A stretch of 64,000 nt of DNA from Sphaerodactylus townsendi (GCF_021028975.2 NC_059439.1:32736001-32800000), one strand, 5' to 3'. Counted from the stretch's first letter, positions 23,859-37,422 are shown. The notes: generated by a model not told the origin, from the letters alone. Translations and numbers: made by a program.

Positions 23859-24091
23859 CAGAGGCGTATCTAGGGAAAATGTAGTCCGGTGCAAAATCTG
23901 AGTTTCCCCCCACCCCCAATGGGTGGTCGCCCTCCCCCACCACATTTTTTTGCACCAGATCATCTCAAAGTCACCATCACAGGGGGAAGGAGGAAGGGTG
24001 TGGGGGCGATTTTCTGCCCCCCCCACATGACTAAATGGTTGCAGCCCGGGGACATTTGTCCCCGTATGTTCCCCTGGGAGGTACGCCCCTG
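23859..24091. mobile_element. hAT-like MITE (cagaggcgta...tacgcccctg family)
   Basis: Short TIRs, degenerate 8-bp TSD gctagcag/gcaagcgg. Confidence 0.7.
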
Positions 24092-24223
24092 GCAAGCGGA
24101 AGAGAAAGATACAACCTGAGGCAGATGATCGCTCTCTGCTCTAATGCGGCTATCAAAAAAACTGAACAAGTTCTACCCGGGCATCAGGCCCCTCATCCCT
24201 GCTCTTCTCGGTCTCTTCCTAAG

Positions 24224-24460
24224 GCCCAGCGGCTCCGACTGGAGCAGCATCTCTCAGCCCAGTTCTTTGAGCTCCACCAGTGGCTCCAGGAGAAGGAGGC
24301 GGCCATGAGGAGGGAGCTTCGGCAGGAGGAGGAACTACTTCTCAGCGAGCTGGAAACCAACCAGCGCAACGGGCAGGAGCAAATCCGCGTGGCAGAGGAG
24401 CATGTGGCGAAGATCCAAGCTCAGCTGAAGGAGCAGCAAGACCCTGAGATGTTCCTGAAG
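24224..24460 (+). CDS. TRIM exon 3 (coiled coil)
   Basis: AQRLRLEQHLSAQFFELHQWLQEKE...DPEMFLK|gttggt; acceptor is aag (237 bp) or the in-frame cag 6 nt later (231 bp). Confidence 0.88.
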
Positions 24461-24604
24461 GTTGGTGCACCTCTCAACGAATCTTTGCAGGCCCTTTCAG
24501 TTTGTGGCGCTGAGTTCTGGTTCGTAGGATGTCTCAGAAGGCCTTCGGTCTCCAGGCATTTCAGTTTCTGACCCCAGAGGACTTTTAAGTTCTGGAGATT
24601 CTCC

Positions 24605-24990
24605 CAGAGGTGGGATCCAGCAGGTTCTCACAGGTTCCCGAGAGTAGGTTACTAATTATCTGTGTGTGCCGAGAGGGGGTGACTAATTGGTGATTTTGCC
24701 ACGTGGTTTTTGCCTTAGTTACGCCCCTCCTCTTAGCAGTAGCGCGCAGAACTTGAAGCAGTCTAGCAGGAGGTGCACTGGCGTGCGTGGCAGCCTGCGC
24801 CTGCGTGCATTCGTTGCCCGCCCGAGGACTGGTGCAGTGGCTGCGTCCTTGCTACAGCCCCGCCCAGGAATGCCGCGCCCCCGGAATGCCCGGCCACGCC
24901 CCCATCGTGCCCCGCCCAGCCCCATTGGCGCTACGCAACAGTTTGAATCCCACCACCATGGGAACCTGTTACTAAAATGTTTGGATCCCA
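24605..24990. mobile_element. hAT MITE (13150 family)
   Basis: High similarity to 13150-13540; right TIR decayed. Confidence 0.8.
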
Positions 24991-25201
24991 TCATCAAGCT
25001 ATACCATTGCCATCTTCACTCCCAGCTGCACCAATAGGCAGTTGAAAACAGGCAGTAGGCAGGTCTCCAGCTTTGGTTGAAATAGGATCAATTTCACACC
25101 CCCCCCCCCCGATTTTTAACCAGCTTCCCTATAGGCTGTGATAGCAAATCATGCTTAACAGCTGGCGTTGCTCTGCTAATTCTTCTTCTTTCTTTCTGCA
25201 G

Positions 25202-25224
25202 AACATCAAAGCTTTTGTGGAGAA
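25202..25224 (+). CDS. TRIM exon 4 (23-bp micro-exon)
   Basis: Strong pyrimidine tract, ctgcag|AACATCAAAGCTTTTGTGGAGAA|gtgagt; phases fit neighbours. Confidence 0.88.
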
Positions 25225-25813
25225 GTGAGTAGACCTCTTTCCCCCCTTTGTTTCTCTCTCCCCCATCTGTCTTCTTCAAGAACCTCTTAGGGTTTCAGTG
25301 GTGTGAAAAGACCTGGGGGGGGGGGAATGAGTTGTGGGTTGGAGTGCCAGGAGAGGGGACCAGGGGAACGAAATCCTGGCACTGGTTTCCTGTGGGGCTG
25401 GGGAATTCATGTGATTCATCATGGCATGAAGATTGGATTGAGGTCTGGGTGATGTAAAAAGGGGAGGTCCAATTGAGAACCATCTCTAGGGACCCTTGAT
25501 GGTTCTTTGGCTGGTGGCAAGTTAACGGCAAGTGTCGAGAAGGCGTGCCATGGCGTACGTTCTCCCATTGAGCCGTAACTCCCTTCACCTATTAATTTTG
25601 CTGTGATAATTTTTGCCCACCGACCAGAGCCTCATTCCTTAACACAATTTACCCATGATAACTTTTTTTCTGACCAATTCCTCCTCCTCCTCCTCCTCCG
25701 GCTTTTAAAAAAAGTCTTAATTAATTTAGGACCTTGCTGCACATGGAAATATCATTTGCAAACCCATCTTCAATGTCTTAAGGGCTACAAAAGCGTAATG
25801 GGTTTGTAGTACT

Positions 25814-26175
25814 CAGTGGTGTACCAGGGGTAAATGGTGCCCGGAGACAAATTGTCTCCAGGACGCCCCCAAGGCTCTGCTGCCCACCACCCCAGCTCTG
25901 CCCTGTGATGCCCCCAGGCTCCACCCCCCACTCCTCGACCAACCCATGTCACCATGGACATGAACACGGGCAAGGTTTAGGGTGCTTGGAGTCAGCAGGA
26001 AGTTCTGCTGCCTTGTCATTTTTGCGTGCCTCGGGGGGGTCGAGGCGTGTGAAAATGACAAGACAGCAGGACTTCCTGGTCACGTGGGGGGGCCGATTTT
26101 GTGCCCCCCACGTGACCAGAAGAGTGGCGCCCTGGAACAAGGGGTACCCCTTGTCCCTAGGCAGATACGCCACTG
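25814..26175. mobile_element. hAT-like MITE
   Basis: cagtggtgta/tacgccactg termini, perfect 8-bp TSD gtagtact, internal inverted repeats. Confidence 0.82.
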
Positions 26176-26268
26176 GTAGTACTTCCACCTCTGGCTACTA
26201 GGGCGTGATGAAAATTGGTTTCTTCCGCCAAATTCATTCCAAATCTGGTGTTTCCTGCAACCTTTTAG

Positions 26269-26393
26269 GTATTGTCTCAGTGGAGAGAAAAAGCCCGTGA
26301 TGCCAGTGGTCTTCCGGGATTTCAGCCTGGGCCAATTTAAAGGCCCCATTCAGTACACGGTGTGGAGAGAAATGCTCCCGGCTTTGAGACCTG
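26269..26393 (+). CDS. TRIM exon 5 (linker, 125 bp)
   Basis: ttttag|G TAT; FSLGQFKGPIQYTVWREMLPALRP, resembling the TRIM69/A33 LGQYKGPIQY.VWREM motif; g|gtaagt. Confidence 0.9.
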
Positions 26394-26464
26394 GTAAGTA
26401 CTGGTATAGTCAGAATTTACTGGTGCCTCAGTATGATGGCGAAGAAGAACTGGTTTGAGTACCA

Positions 26465-26603
26465 NNNNNNNNNNNNNNNNNNNNNNNNNNNNNNNNNNNN
26501 NNNNNNNNNNNNNNNNNNNNNNNNNNNNNNNNNNNNNNNNNNNNNNNNNNNNNNNNNNNNNNNNNNNNNNNNNNNNNNNNNNNNNNNNNNNNNNNNNNNN
26601 NNN
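26465..26603. other. Assembly gap (139 N)
   Basis: Run of N. Confidence 1.
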
Positions 26604-26916
26604 TTATAAATTACAGTATTTAAAAAAGAACAATTTATCCATTAAACTGAACCTGTTAAGTATGTTAATAATACTTTGAATAACCACATACAAACCCCTA
26701 TATATATAACTTGATGAGAGATAAATTAACCATGACTATTTTGTAAAAAAACCCAAAAAACGCATGGCCAGGTAATTCTTCAGAAAGCTCGCAACATTTC
26801 CATAAATAAGGTCAGATTAGTTTGTGTATTTAGTATAGACAGGTAGTGTCTTTTCTTTTTGGGTTTTCAAGAAATAGCCGAGGCAGGTAATCTCTATGGC
26901 TGTCTTATCCCTCCAG

Positions 26917-27464
26917 CTCCGTGCCGGATAACATTGGATCCTGCCACTAACCATCCTAACCTCGTACTCTCCAAGGACCATGGCAGTGTACATTTGGTTG
27001 ACAACCCCGAGGAGGAGGTCCCAGATGGACCGGAGAGGTTCAGCAAGTCGGTATGCGTTCTGGGCGCTCAGGGCTTCACGTCGGGGCGTCATTACTGGGA
27101 AGTCGAAGTGGGCGACAAAACCAGCTGGGACGTTGGCGTGGCCAAGGAATCGGTCAACAGGAAGGAAGCCAAAGTCACCGTCAAGCCCAGCAATGGATTC
27201 TGGGCCATCTGGCTGCGGAACGGCAGTGAATACAAAGCTCTTGACTCTCCCTCTAAACCGCTGGCCCTCAAGGACAAACCTCAGAAGGTGGGGGTCTACC
27301 TGGATTATGAAGGGGGACAGGTCTCCTTCTACAACGCTGATACCATGGCTCACATCTTCACCTTTTCTGATGCTTTCTCTGAGCGCCTCTACCCCATGTT
27401 CAGCCCTGGGTTCAATAAGGATGGGCTGAACGCCGAACCTCTCCGCCTTCTGTCCTCAATATGA
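26917..27464 (+). CDS. TRIM exon 6 (PRY-SPRY/B30.2)
   Basis: ctccag|; [60 protein letters not shown]; TGA. Confidence 0.95.
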
Positions 27465-29298
27465 TAGCCAGGACTGTGTGTAGGGTTCACTGATAGAAAG
27501 GTTGCTTGAGTTGGACGTGAGAACAGTCTGGGAATTCTGATTTTTGTCATGGTGTTGAAGCCAATTAGTTATGGACTGGATTGGCCCTTGGAAGAGAGAC
27601 TGTTTGGAGCTACCAAGGTGGCTATCAATAAAGATACGAAACAGGAGAACACCAAGATACCTGTCCTATTTTCCTGAATGTCACCACCTCCAATATGGAT
27701 TAAAGACATTGACTGTTGCCGTATATTTGAGTGAGATCAATTGGCAATTTTAATTTCTGTTAAAGGGTTTAGTATGTCTCTTTTGTATCTGTGGAGGGTT
27801 GCACCCTTGTTGGATAATATATTCACATGTTTTGGCATACATACAACTGTGTCACTTGAGTGTAGTGTTTTGGGGAGATTTTCCTTTGGGTTTCTTTGCT
27901 TTAGACACACTACATTTTTTCCTTTGGTTTTTGTGTCAGTAAAGATGTACATAATAAAATCGCAGCTAAAAATAATTAAAACCAGCAAAAACACACCATA
28001 AAAACAAAACCAGAGCTGAAATGCATACACAGACATAAAAAAAATAAAGGCAGAAGGGATCACAAATAAATGCCAAATGAAATGAAGAAGTCTTTACCCC
28101 CTTGGCATAGGCATATGTAGGAAAAATGTAGCCTGGTACAAAAATCTGAGTTTTCTGCACCCCCCCCCTCGCCCCACAAATGGGTGGTCGGCCTCCCCCA
28201 CCACAACCAAACAATGTTTTTTTGCACCAGGTCATCTCAGAGTCACCATCACATTATATAGAACCTGGCGGAGGGTGTAGGAGGGATGTGGGGGCGATTT
28301 TCTGCCCACCATGTGAGTTGTTCCGCCGGGCCTTTGGAGAGACCAGCCGCTGAAATGGTGCCCCAGCCAGCCTGTCATCTAGGCTACCATCTAATGTGGC
28401 TCGCCACCCCCCCCCCCCGCTTTTCCCTGGGAGAATTTTAATGAAAAACGGGGCTGGTTGGACGCCTCCCTATTAATACTACTACCAGTATTGTGTTACC
28501 GCTGTTTTAAAGATTTTAATAATTTATTTATTATGTTTTAAGTTGCTGTACACCGCCCAGAGCCCCTAGGGGATGGGGCGGTATAAAAGTTTAAACAATA
28601 AATAAAAATAAATAAAATAAAAAGGCCGCAGCCCGGGGACATTTGCCCCCATATGGTCTAAACTGGGCTGATGATATGAATTGGTAGCCATTTCCTTCAT
28701 TTTTGTTAGTTTACCGGGCGCAGCACAGTTTCATCACACGAAAAAAACCAAAGACATCCTTGAACAAAGTTTATTTAAAAAATGTATTCAACATTTCCAC
28801 CTGAGTCACAAGGTAATATACGTGGTGACCTTCTCCCCCCCCATCCATGATCGTCACAGCAACCCTGTGAGGTAGGCTAGTCTAAGAGATAGTAACTGGC
28901 TCAAAATTACCCAACAAGCGTCCTGGATACTCGCTAATCGGCTCGCTAATCGCTATACTGCTTTTATGTCTCATTGTACACCGCCCAGAGCCTTTCGGGG
29001 GTTGGGCAGTCTATTAAGCCGAATAAATAATAAAATAATAATAATAATAATTAAACCCCTCCTTTACTCTTAAACAACACCCAAATAAGATGAGATTGAA
29101 TAGAAAGGGAGGGGGGAGAAAATACAGTTTACTGTATAATTTCTCTTATGTTTCAAGTACTAGAGAGTGAAGAGTCAAAGCGTTCATGGAAACAGTAGGT
29201 ATTAACATGAGATTTTCTCATTTCTAAAGAATGCAGAATATTGTGTTTTCTTGACCCAGTATTGGATTACCTCAGTGCACTAATTTAATCTTTTTTCG

Positions 29299-30258
29299 TC
29301 AGTGGAAAAAACCTCTAGCTCTCTCTCCGCTTCTCTTGCCCCATCCCACAATCGCCCTCTTTAATGCCCCTTTCACTTCTTTGTTCCTAAGGCTGTAGAT
29401 CAAGGGGTTCAACATAGGGGTAAGCACCCCATACAGCATGCTCACCAGCCTATCCTGGTCTGGGTGGTGGCTAGAAGAAGGGCGTATGTAGGTGAAGATG
29501 GTGGTCCCATAGAAGAGGCACACCACCATCAGGTGAGAGGCACAGGTAGAGAAGGCTTTGCGCTTCCCCTCGGCAGAACGGATTCTGAGGATGGCGGAGA
29601 TGATGTAGACGTAGGAGACCAACGTGACCAGGAAAGCCCCCACCCCAAAAATGCCCCCAACAATCAGAACCACCATCTCAGCCAAGTAGGTGGAAGCACA
29701 AGAAAGGGCCAGAACGGGTGGAATGTCGCAATAATATTGATTGACTCTATTGGATTTGCAATAAGGTAGGGTGAAGGTCAGTACCGTGTGGAGCAAAGAG
29801 TTGAGGAAGCCCGTGATCCAGGTGCCAGCGACCATCTGAAGACAGGCCTTCTTGCTCATGATGACTGTGTATCGCAAGGGGTCACATACAGCCACGTAGC
29901 GGTCATAAGCCATGACAGCCAAGAGGAAGACCTCAGTCCCCGCCAGGGCTACTAGGAAGTAGAGCTGCAGAGCGCAGCCAACAAAGGAAATTATATTATT
30001 CTCTGACAAGAGGCTCTCCAGCATCTTAGGCACCGTGGCTGTGGGGCAGAAGATGTCCAGCAAGGAGAGGTTGGTGAGGAAAAAATACATGGGGTTGTGC
30101 AAATGGGAGTCTGCTCCTATGGCAAGAAGGATGGTACCATTTCCCATGACGGTGATCAAATAAATGAACAAAAAGGCAGCGAACAAGGAGAAGCGGACAG
30201 CTGGGAGGTCGGAGAGTCCCATTAGGATGAATTCTCTCACCGTTGTGCTGTTCTCCAT
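29299..30258 (-). CDS. Olfactory receptor, intact, 319 aa (class II, OR5V1/OR12-like)
   Basis: MENST, LHNPMYFFL, MAYDRYVAVC, KAFSTCASHL, PMLNPLIYSLRN; 5'UTR splice acceptor ~25 nt upstream of the ATG. Confidence 0.95.
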   Translation of the reverse strand: MENSTTVREFILMGLSDLPAVRFSLFAAFLFIYLITVMGNGTILLAIGADSHLHNPMYFFLTNLSLLDIFCPTATVPKMLESLLSENNIISFVGCALQLYFLVALAGTEVFLLAVMAYDRYVAVCDPLRYTVIMSKKACLQMVAGTWITGFLNSLLHTVLTFTLPYCKSNRVNQYYCDIPPVLALSCASTYLAEMVVLIVGGIFGVGAFLVTLVSYVYIISAILRIRSAEGKRKAFSTCASHLMVVCLFYGTTIFTYIRPSSSHHPDQDRLVSMLYGVLTPMLNPLIYSLRNKEVKGALKRAIVGWGKRSGERARGFFH

Positions 30259-32608
30259 TTCTCTGTTCAGAGCAGAACTAACCTGCAAGAGGTACAGAGC
30301 CGTGGATCAGCTTTCAAAGGAATGGAGGATCCATTCATAGACTGAAATAGAGATCTTTTGCAAATAACATTTGTGATTTACCGGTACTATCATTCCATAA
30401 TCCCATCCGCACTTTTACTTTGAGCTTTCTCATTGGCTCCAGGAACCAACTTTTTCCATGGTTCATGAAACACAGACCCACACATCCTAAATAATATTGT
30501 GCCCTCTGATTAACAGCCAAATTCCCTTCTAATTAATGTCTAGAATGAGAATTTTAAGGTACGGATACCGCCCGTACCTTAAAATAGGTGAATTGCACAC
30601 GACCCAAATATAACATCTTCAGGGAAGAACTTCACCCAGGTCTCCAATCGCTTCCTGAATGCGTAAACAGCACATGTGCGAATGGAAAATGGGTTCAAGT
30701 CAGCTGAACCATATTATTTACTTACTTTGCTGTTTATCCCAATTTACACTGAAAATGGGTGCTGGTCCTCAATACCAGTGAATATGGTCACCAAAAAAAA
30801 AGCTCTGCTTTTGGCTAAGATTCACTGCACCCCTCAGTTTTGATCTCTTCAACAGGAGGAAGCCGGAAAGAACTGGTCTGCCATTCATGTTATTTGTACA
30901 AGGCATAGAGCTCATTTTTAGAATGTAAGTTCAGCCTTGTCTGAATAGCACTTTGTACAGCAGTGAATTCAGTCCTACTGAACAATCTTTTGTTCTATGA
31001 TGAATCTTTATTAATCAAGTCATATAATCGCAACATCCAAAGGTAGACAAAGTCACAATACCTTAGAATAAAAATAAAAGACTTCCAATTTCTTCTGCCC
31101 CCCCCAAAAGAGTTGATTTTAAAGTTTTCCACTTGATACTTAATGATAACCAAACAAAATATCAAACCTTAATTGCTAACCTTGAACAGACACACACCTT
31201 TCCTTAATATAGCTGAATCCTTACTCTTCTACTCCTTAAAATCACAAGTCATCAGTTCAGGATTTTTTCCATCTTACACAAATGGTCCATCAAGGTTTTC
31301 CAATTTGTCAGTACATTTAGATAGATTCTTTTCTCTAATCAAGGAAATGAATTTTGCCTCCTCTGCCAATTCCAACAGCTTCAGTAACCAAACTCTGCCA
31401 GTTCATAAATATGAGTTTTTCTATTATTGCACATACGGTATTTGCATAGACACAAACAAAATTCAATATCCCCCCCAAAAAAACTGCCTGCCAAAAGATG
31501 CACCTGTGAACATTCTGCCATTCATGTTATTCGTACAAGGCCGAATATTCGTACAAGGTCCTACCGGTAGTGTAGCCACATCCTTAATCTTCTACTCCTT
31601 AAAATCACAAGTCATCAGTTCGGGAGTTTTTCCATCTTACACAAATAGTGTTTCCATCAAGGGTTTCCAATTTGTCAGTACAGTTTGACGGATTCTTTTC
31701 TCTAATCAAAGAAGTGATTTTTGCCTCCTCCGCCAATTCCAACAGCTTCAGCAACCAAACTTTACCAGTAAATATAGATGAGTCGTTCCACTATTGCACA
31801 CATGGTATTCACATAGCTAATATCATAGATACAAACACAATTCAATTTTTTCCCCCAAAACTGCCTGCCCGTGAGTCCCAAAAGACGCACCTCTGAACAT
31901 TCTTGAGGCATGATATTGTCTACCTAAGGTGCCGCGGGTGTTTATTTTTAATCTATGGGATCTTTGAGTGGAAACTGTCTGCAGGAGCAGATTTTCCAAT
32001 CAACTCACAAAGCTGGGTGAGAGTCCATTCTCATATTTCTATAATTCTGGGCATCCTGTCCAGAACATCCCGTGTACCTCTTCCATCCTCCATATTCCTG
32101 CAGCTTTTCATGAATCCTGCTTGTTCCGTAACTCTCAGCCATGGTGGATCTGTTTCAAAGAACCAGTAATACTCACTAAAGATGAAGGGCTTGTGTCTAT
32201 TCCTCCATATGTAGACTAACAAGCATTCTTCTCACTTAGGAGACCTGTCACCTATAAGAGTATGTGTTGGAAGAACAAGGGAATTGCCGGGCTCAGAGCC
32301 ACTCAGTGGTCCCTATAAACCACTTCTGCTTTTTCCATGATTAACGCTGAAGTGCAGTATGTGAATTGCCTGAAAATTGTCTGCACCTGATAGAGTTTAT
32401 AAATCCCAGAATGCAAACCGTGGAGACTATCGGAGCACAAGGAGATAACTCATTAACCATCACTGATCTAAAAAGAATAACACAGGACCACACATCCCCC
32501 CCCCCTCCTAAATGGGTCCCAAAGGGAGAGTTAAAAGTAATGATGCTTTTGGCAATTCCAGGCCTCTCTGTGCCAGGAAGCTGGCCTCTGATAACCTCTT
32601 CAGGACAA

Positions 32609-32910
32609 AAGAAGAAGAGAAGAGTTTGGATTTATGTTCCCCCTTTCTCTCCTGTAGGAAACTCAAAGGGGCTTACAATCTCCTTGCCCTTCCCCCCTCA
32701 CAACAAACACCCTGTGAGGTAGGTGGGGCTGAGAGAGCTCCGAGAAGCTGTGACTAGCCCAAGGTCACCCAGCTGGCGTGTGTGGGAGTCTACAGGCTAA
32801 TCTGAATTCCCCAGATAAGCCTCCACAGCTCAGGCAGCAGAGCTGGGAATCAAACCCGGTACCTCCAGATTAGATACACGAGCTCTTAACCTCCTACGCC
32901 ACTGCTGCTG
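32609..32910 (-). mobile_element. tRNA-derived SINE, specific to block A
   Basis: Absent at the paralogous sites near 34933 and 42388. Confidence 0.87.
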
Positions 32911-33299
32911 CCAATAATGGGAGATGATGACACCATCTTCAAACTAATGGATCTGAAGTCCTCAGACCCTCTGTAGGAGTCATTTATGTCAAGATTATGT
33001 CTTCAGCCTAGGCCGAATTTTCAGTCAAGATGCCCCATGGTAGATCCAGGTAGTATGTCTGCCACAGTGGTTTTTGCCTTGCTGTCGATTCTTCCCTGCT
33101 ACCTGGTTCTTCGTGGGATTCAAGGCAGGGCTGGCGCATTATGCCCCAAATATTTCTTCACGAGCCCGGTGCTTCTCCATTTGCACCGTGAGCTCACCCC
33201 CTTCACTCCCACTATTTTAGTTTTTTAAAACTTTGAACACAAAACAGATGCTGGGAATTGGTGCCCTCGGGCGCCCCTCCTGACTAAAATCCTTGAATG

Positions 33300-33925
33300 T
33301 GTTACCGCGCTGCCTGGGTAACTTTTATTTCCCCAGATCCGCCAGCTCTCAGCAGCGCAGAGGAACAGAAACAGGACCCGACACAGCGAGAATATTGAAA
33401 ATAATAATGAGTTTATTGAGATGCTGACCTACGTGTCAGCACCTCCACACCACGGCAACTGTGCTGCCTAGCAGCTCTACAGCAACTTTTATACATAGTC
33501 TCCCATCCGGGAAATCCGGGAGGGTACAGGGCAACCTACAACCATTCATTCACAAATACATGGGAACCAATCATTCATCTACAAATACATAGGAACCAAT
33601 TAGAGTCCAGAGGGCAGTCCCTTCTCGAATTTCGCGGCAGAAGCAGGGCGAGGCGATGACGTAGGTACAGGCGGGAAAAACACAAAAGAGTCCTTTGGGT
33701 GCTTGGGACCGGGAAACGAAACCTAACGACGACAGCACCCTTATCTGCCTGCTGGTGGGATTAAGGCAGATGGAGGCACTTCTTCCGGGGTTCCTTTTGT
33801 CGACGTCCATTCAGGGTTTTTACAAATGAAAGGGACATGCCCAGGTGGAGCAGGGGTGGATTCCTGCCTTGAGCAAAGGAGGTTCCATGCAGACACAAAT
33901 ACAAAACACAACAGTAATTCCTACA
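33300..33925 (-). mobile_element. Probable retroviral-type LTR
   Basis: TGT...ACA ends; minus-strand AATAAA (tttatt ~33412), TATA-like tataaaa (~33486) and CCAAT repeats; no TSD found. Confidence 0.4.
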
Positions 33926-34552
33926 TTCTACCTAATACAACTTGTTCCTATCTAACTTATAAAGAAATCAAACATAATTTCACCTTTATTTAAAAACAAG
34001 ATCAGAAATGGAATAAATCATTTCTGACTCCGCTATCAAATGTGCGATGGAATCGCCATCCCCCTCCCATCTGAAATCGAAATCTAAAATCCTTGCGTGT
34101 GCGAGAGAATCACTGCCCTCCTGTTTGCGGCGCCTGCACAGGCCGCTTCTCTGCCCAAAATTTCTCCCTCCTTTCTAAAAACCAAGGTTTAGGACAGACA
34201 GACAGAAGAATCGTGTGTGGTTTGAAGAAGTTTCTTTGCCTTATAGAACTGGGTGGTTCAAACTGGCTTAGATTCCTTCCATAAGACTAGATAAATTCAT
34301 GGAGGGTAGGTCTACTGATGGCTATCTATGAAACACCCATGAAACACCCATGTTGCAAGGCAGTGTACTTCTGAACACCAGCTGTTGGGGGAGGACAGGA
34401 AATGACTCACGGCTCCAAGACAGAACACATTATTTGGATACAGGAAGTCCCCTATACAGTCTGTTATATCTCCACTGAAGGAACTACAGTTCGAAGAAAC
34501 TTGGAAATGCTATGGGAAAAGATCCCTATTCTCTGTTAATTAACACATCAGG

Positions 34553-34693
34553 GGCCCCTTCCGCACACGCAAAATAATCCGTTTTCAAACCACTTTCACA
34601 ACGGTTTGCAAGTGGATTTTGCTATTCCGCACAGCTTCAAAGAGCACTGAAAGCAGTTTGAAAGTGCATTATTCTACATGTGCGGAATGAGCC
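34553..34693. mobile_element. PIF/Harbinger-type palindromic MITE
   Basis: ggc..ttccgcaca TIRs; 3-bp TSD agg confirmed by the empty site at ~41343. Confidence 0.8.
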
Positions 34694-35202
34694 AGGGAGA
34701 AGGTTAGACTTGAGACTTTCTTGAAACCAGCTAGATTTCTTTATGGAAGGGTTCTGTTCTTTGATTCAGTCACATGATCTTGCTCATACGATCTGTTTTG
34801 GTCCAGCCCCCGTACAGGTTTACCATTTAAGTCAAGTAGGCTAAAGACATACTCGAGACATAAATTACTCCTACAGAGGGTCTGAGGACTTTAGATTCAT
34901 TCGTTTGAAGATGGTGTCATCATCTCCCATTATTGTCCTGAAGAGGTTATCAGAGGCCAGCTTCCTGGCACAGAAATACTTGGAATTGGCACCATCCTCA
35001 TTTCTTTTAACTCTCCCTTTGGGGCCCATTTAGGAGGGGGGAAATGTGTGGTCCTTATTCTTTTTATATCAGTGATTGCTAATGAGTTATCTCATTGTGC
35101 TTTGATAGTCTCCACGGTTTGCATTCTGGGATTTATAAGTGCAGATAATTTTCAGGCAATTCACATACCGCTCTTCAGTGTTCATCATGGAAAATGCAGA
35201 AG

Positions 35203-35506
35203 AGGCTATGTTCCTGCAACCTGGGGCAGCTGGATTCTATTTTGCATATCCTTCTCCACTGCCCATTATATCAGGAATTAAGATCCAGCTTATTAATGCA
35301 GGTCATTGATCTTATCGAGGCCCACCCAGAGCCAGATAAAGTAACTATTCTTTTAAACTGTAATGATTTCAATGGTTGTCTTGCAGTGGCCAAGTTCCTG
35401 GCCGAGGTCTGTAAACTGAATTCTTGATCAATGTGATGTTATCTTTACCATTTTAACTGTATTTTAAATTGGTCTGTTTTGTATGCCAGTAAAGGCTATC
35501 GAATCG
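35203..35506 (+). mobile_element. RTEX-like LINE 3' fragment, specific to block B
   Basis: RLCSCNLGQLDSILHILLHCPLY; TSD aaat(g/a)cagaag; empty site at ~42660. Confidence 0.72.
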
Positions 35507-36614
35507 AAATACAGAAGTGGTTTATAGGGACAACTAGGGTGACTCCGTCAGGGGCTGGCAATTCCTTTGTGCTTCCAACAAACACTCTTACAGGAGACAG
35601 GTTTACGAGATGAGAAGAATGCTTGTTAGTCTACATTTGGAGGAATAGACACAAGCCCTTCATCTTTAGCGAGTTTTACTGGTTCTTTGAAACAGATCCA
35701 CTATGACTGAGACTTACGGAACAAGCAGGATTCCTAAAAAGCAGGAGGAATATGGGAATGGAAGAGGTACTCAGAATGTTCTGGGCAGGATACTCAGAAT
35801 AATAGAAACATGTGGATGGACTCTCACCCAGCTTTGTGAGTTGATTGGAAATCTGCTCCTGCAGACAGTTTCCACTAAGAGCTCACATGGATTAAAAATA
35901 AGCACCCACGGCACCTTAGGTAGACAATATCATGCCTCAAGAATGTTCAGAGGTGCATCTTTTGGGACTCACGGGCAGGCAGTTTGGGGAAAAAAATTGA
36001 ATTGTGTTTGTATCTATGATATTAGCTATGTGAATACCATGTGTGCAATAGTGGAAAGACTCATCTAAATCTACCGGTAAATTTTGGTTGCTGTAGCTGT
36101 TGGAATTGGCGGAGGAGGCAAAAATCACTTCTTTGATTAGAGAAAAGAATCCGTCAAGCTGTACTGACAAATTGGGAACCCTTCATGGAAACACTATTTG
36201 TGTAAGATGGAAAAAGTCCTGAACTGATGACTTGTGATTTTAAGGAGTAGAAGATTAAGGATGTGGCTACACTACCAGTAGGACCTTGTACGAATATTCG
36301 GCCTTGTACGAATAACATGAATGGCAGAGCTGTTCCAAACGGCTGCGTATGCATTCCGGCTTCCCGCTGCTGAAGAGATCAAAGCAAGGAGGTGCAGGGA
36401 ATTTTAGTCCAAAGCAGGGCTTTTTTTTTTGGGGTGGCCATATTCACTGGTACTGAGGACCAGCACCCATTTTCAGTGTAAAGTGGGATAAACAGCAAAG
36501 TAAGTAAATAAATATGGTTCAGCTGACTTGAAACCATTTTCCTTTTTTCCACTTGCATGTGTGTTGTTTACGTGTTCAAAAAGCGACTGGAGACCTGTGT
36601 GAAGTTCTTCCAGT

Positions 36615-37125
36615 TCTTTTTTTAAAAATATATGTTTATTTCAACCACAGTGATACAATACCTTAAAATTCCGTTTCATTTGTATATCAACAGTTATTAC
36701 AGTATATATCAACTTTCAGAGAAAATTAATATTAACAATAGAACAGTGTGCCAAGCGCCAAAGGATAAAGAAATAGAAAATAAGAAAATAAGAAAAGAGA
36801 ACAAGGAAAAAGAGGGAGAAAAAAAGAAAAGAAAGACCCCAGGAGAGGGGGGGGGGACTTCCAATTTAAGAGAGATCCCTTATTAGGGGTTGTATTATTA
36901 CCTTAATAAATATAGCACTTGCTATTTTTTTCCATATATTCATAAGTTAATTGATATTTAACATTGAAGGTACAATAATAATTTGTTTGTTCCATATCTA
37001 ATTTGTACAAAATCATTTAAAGGTCGCCAAGTTTCTAATATCTTTTCTATATTTCTTTTTTTTAATATAAAGTTCCTCCAGTTCTTCTCCAAAACATTAT
37101 ATAAGTGCCATGTGGAATCCACTTA
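36615..37125 (-). mobile_element. L1-type 3' fragment, specific to block B
   Basis: T-rich tail at the left end, L1-like Trp-rich C-terminal coding remnant, absent from A and C. Confidence 0.55.
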
Positions 37126-37422
37126 TTTAATGTTTCTGGACCTTCTCATTCCAGACATTAATTGGAAGGGATTTTTTGTTGGCTGTTAGTCACAGGGCAC
37201 AGTATTGTTTAGGTTGTGTGCGTCTTTGTTTCATGCACCGTGGAAAAAGGTGGTTCCTGAAGCCCATGAGATAGCTCAAAGTAAAAGTGGGGATGGGATT
37301 GGGGAATGGTAGTAAATCACAAATGTTGTGTGTAGAAGGTCCATACATAGATCCTCCATCTCTATGAAAACTGATCCATGACTGTGTACCTCTTGCAGGT
37401 CAGCTCTGCTCTGAACAAAGAA

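Larger units (their letters stand above)
28660..33015 (-). repeat. Segmental duplication block A (inverted relative to B and C), carries OR copy 1
   Basis: Reverse complement matches ~34835-38850 and ~41480-46540 across coding, flanks and a shared decayed L1. Confidence 0.85.

Noticed and set aside
29464-29769. Conserved antisense 101-aa ORFs in the three OR paralogues
   Set aside because: Conservation follows from near-identity of the sense genes
37378-37422. N-terminal extensions of the OR ORFs given in the ORF track
   Set aside because: They cross a ttgcag splice acceptor; the MENST methionine with its N-glycosylation sequon is the likely start
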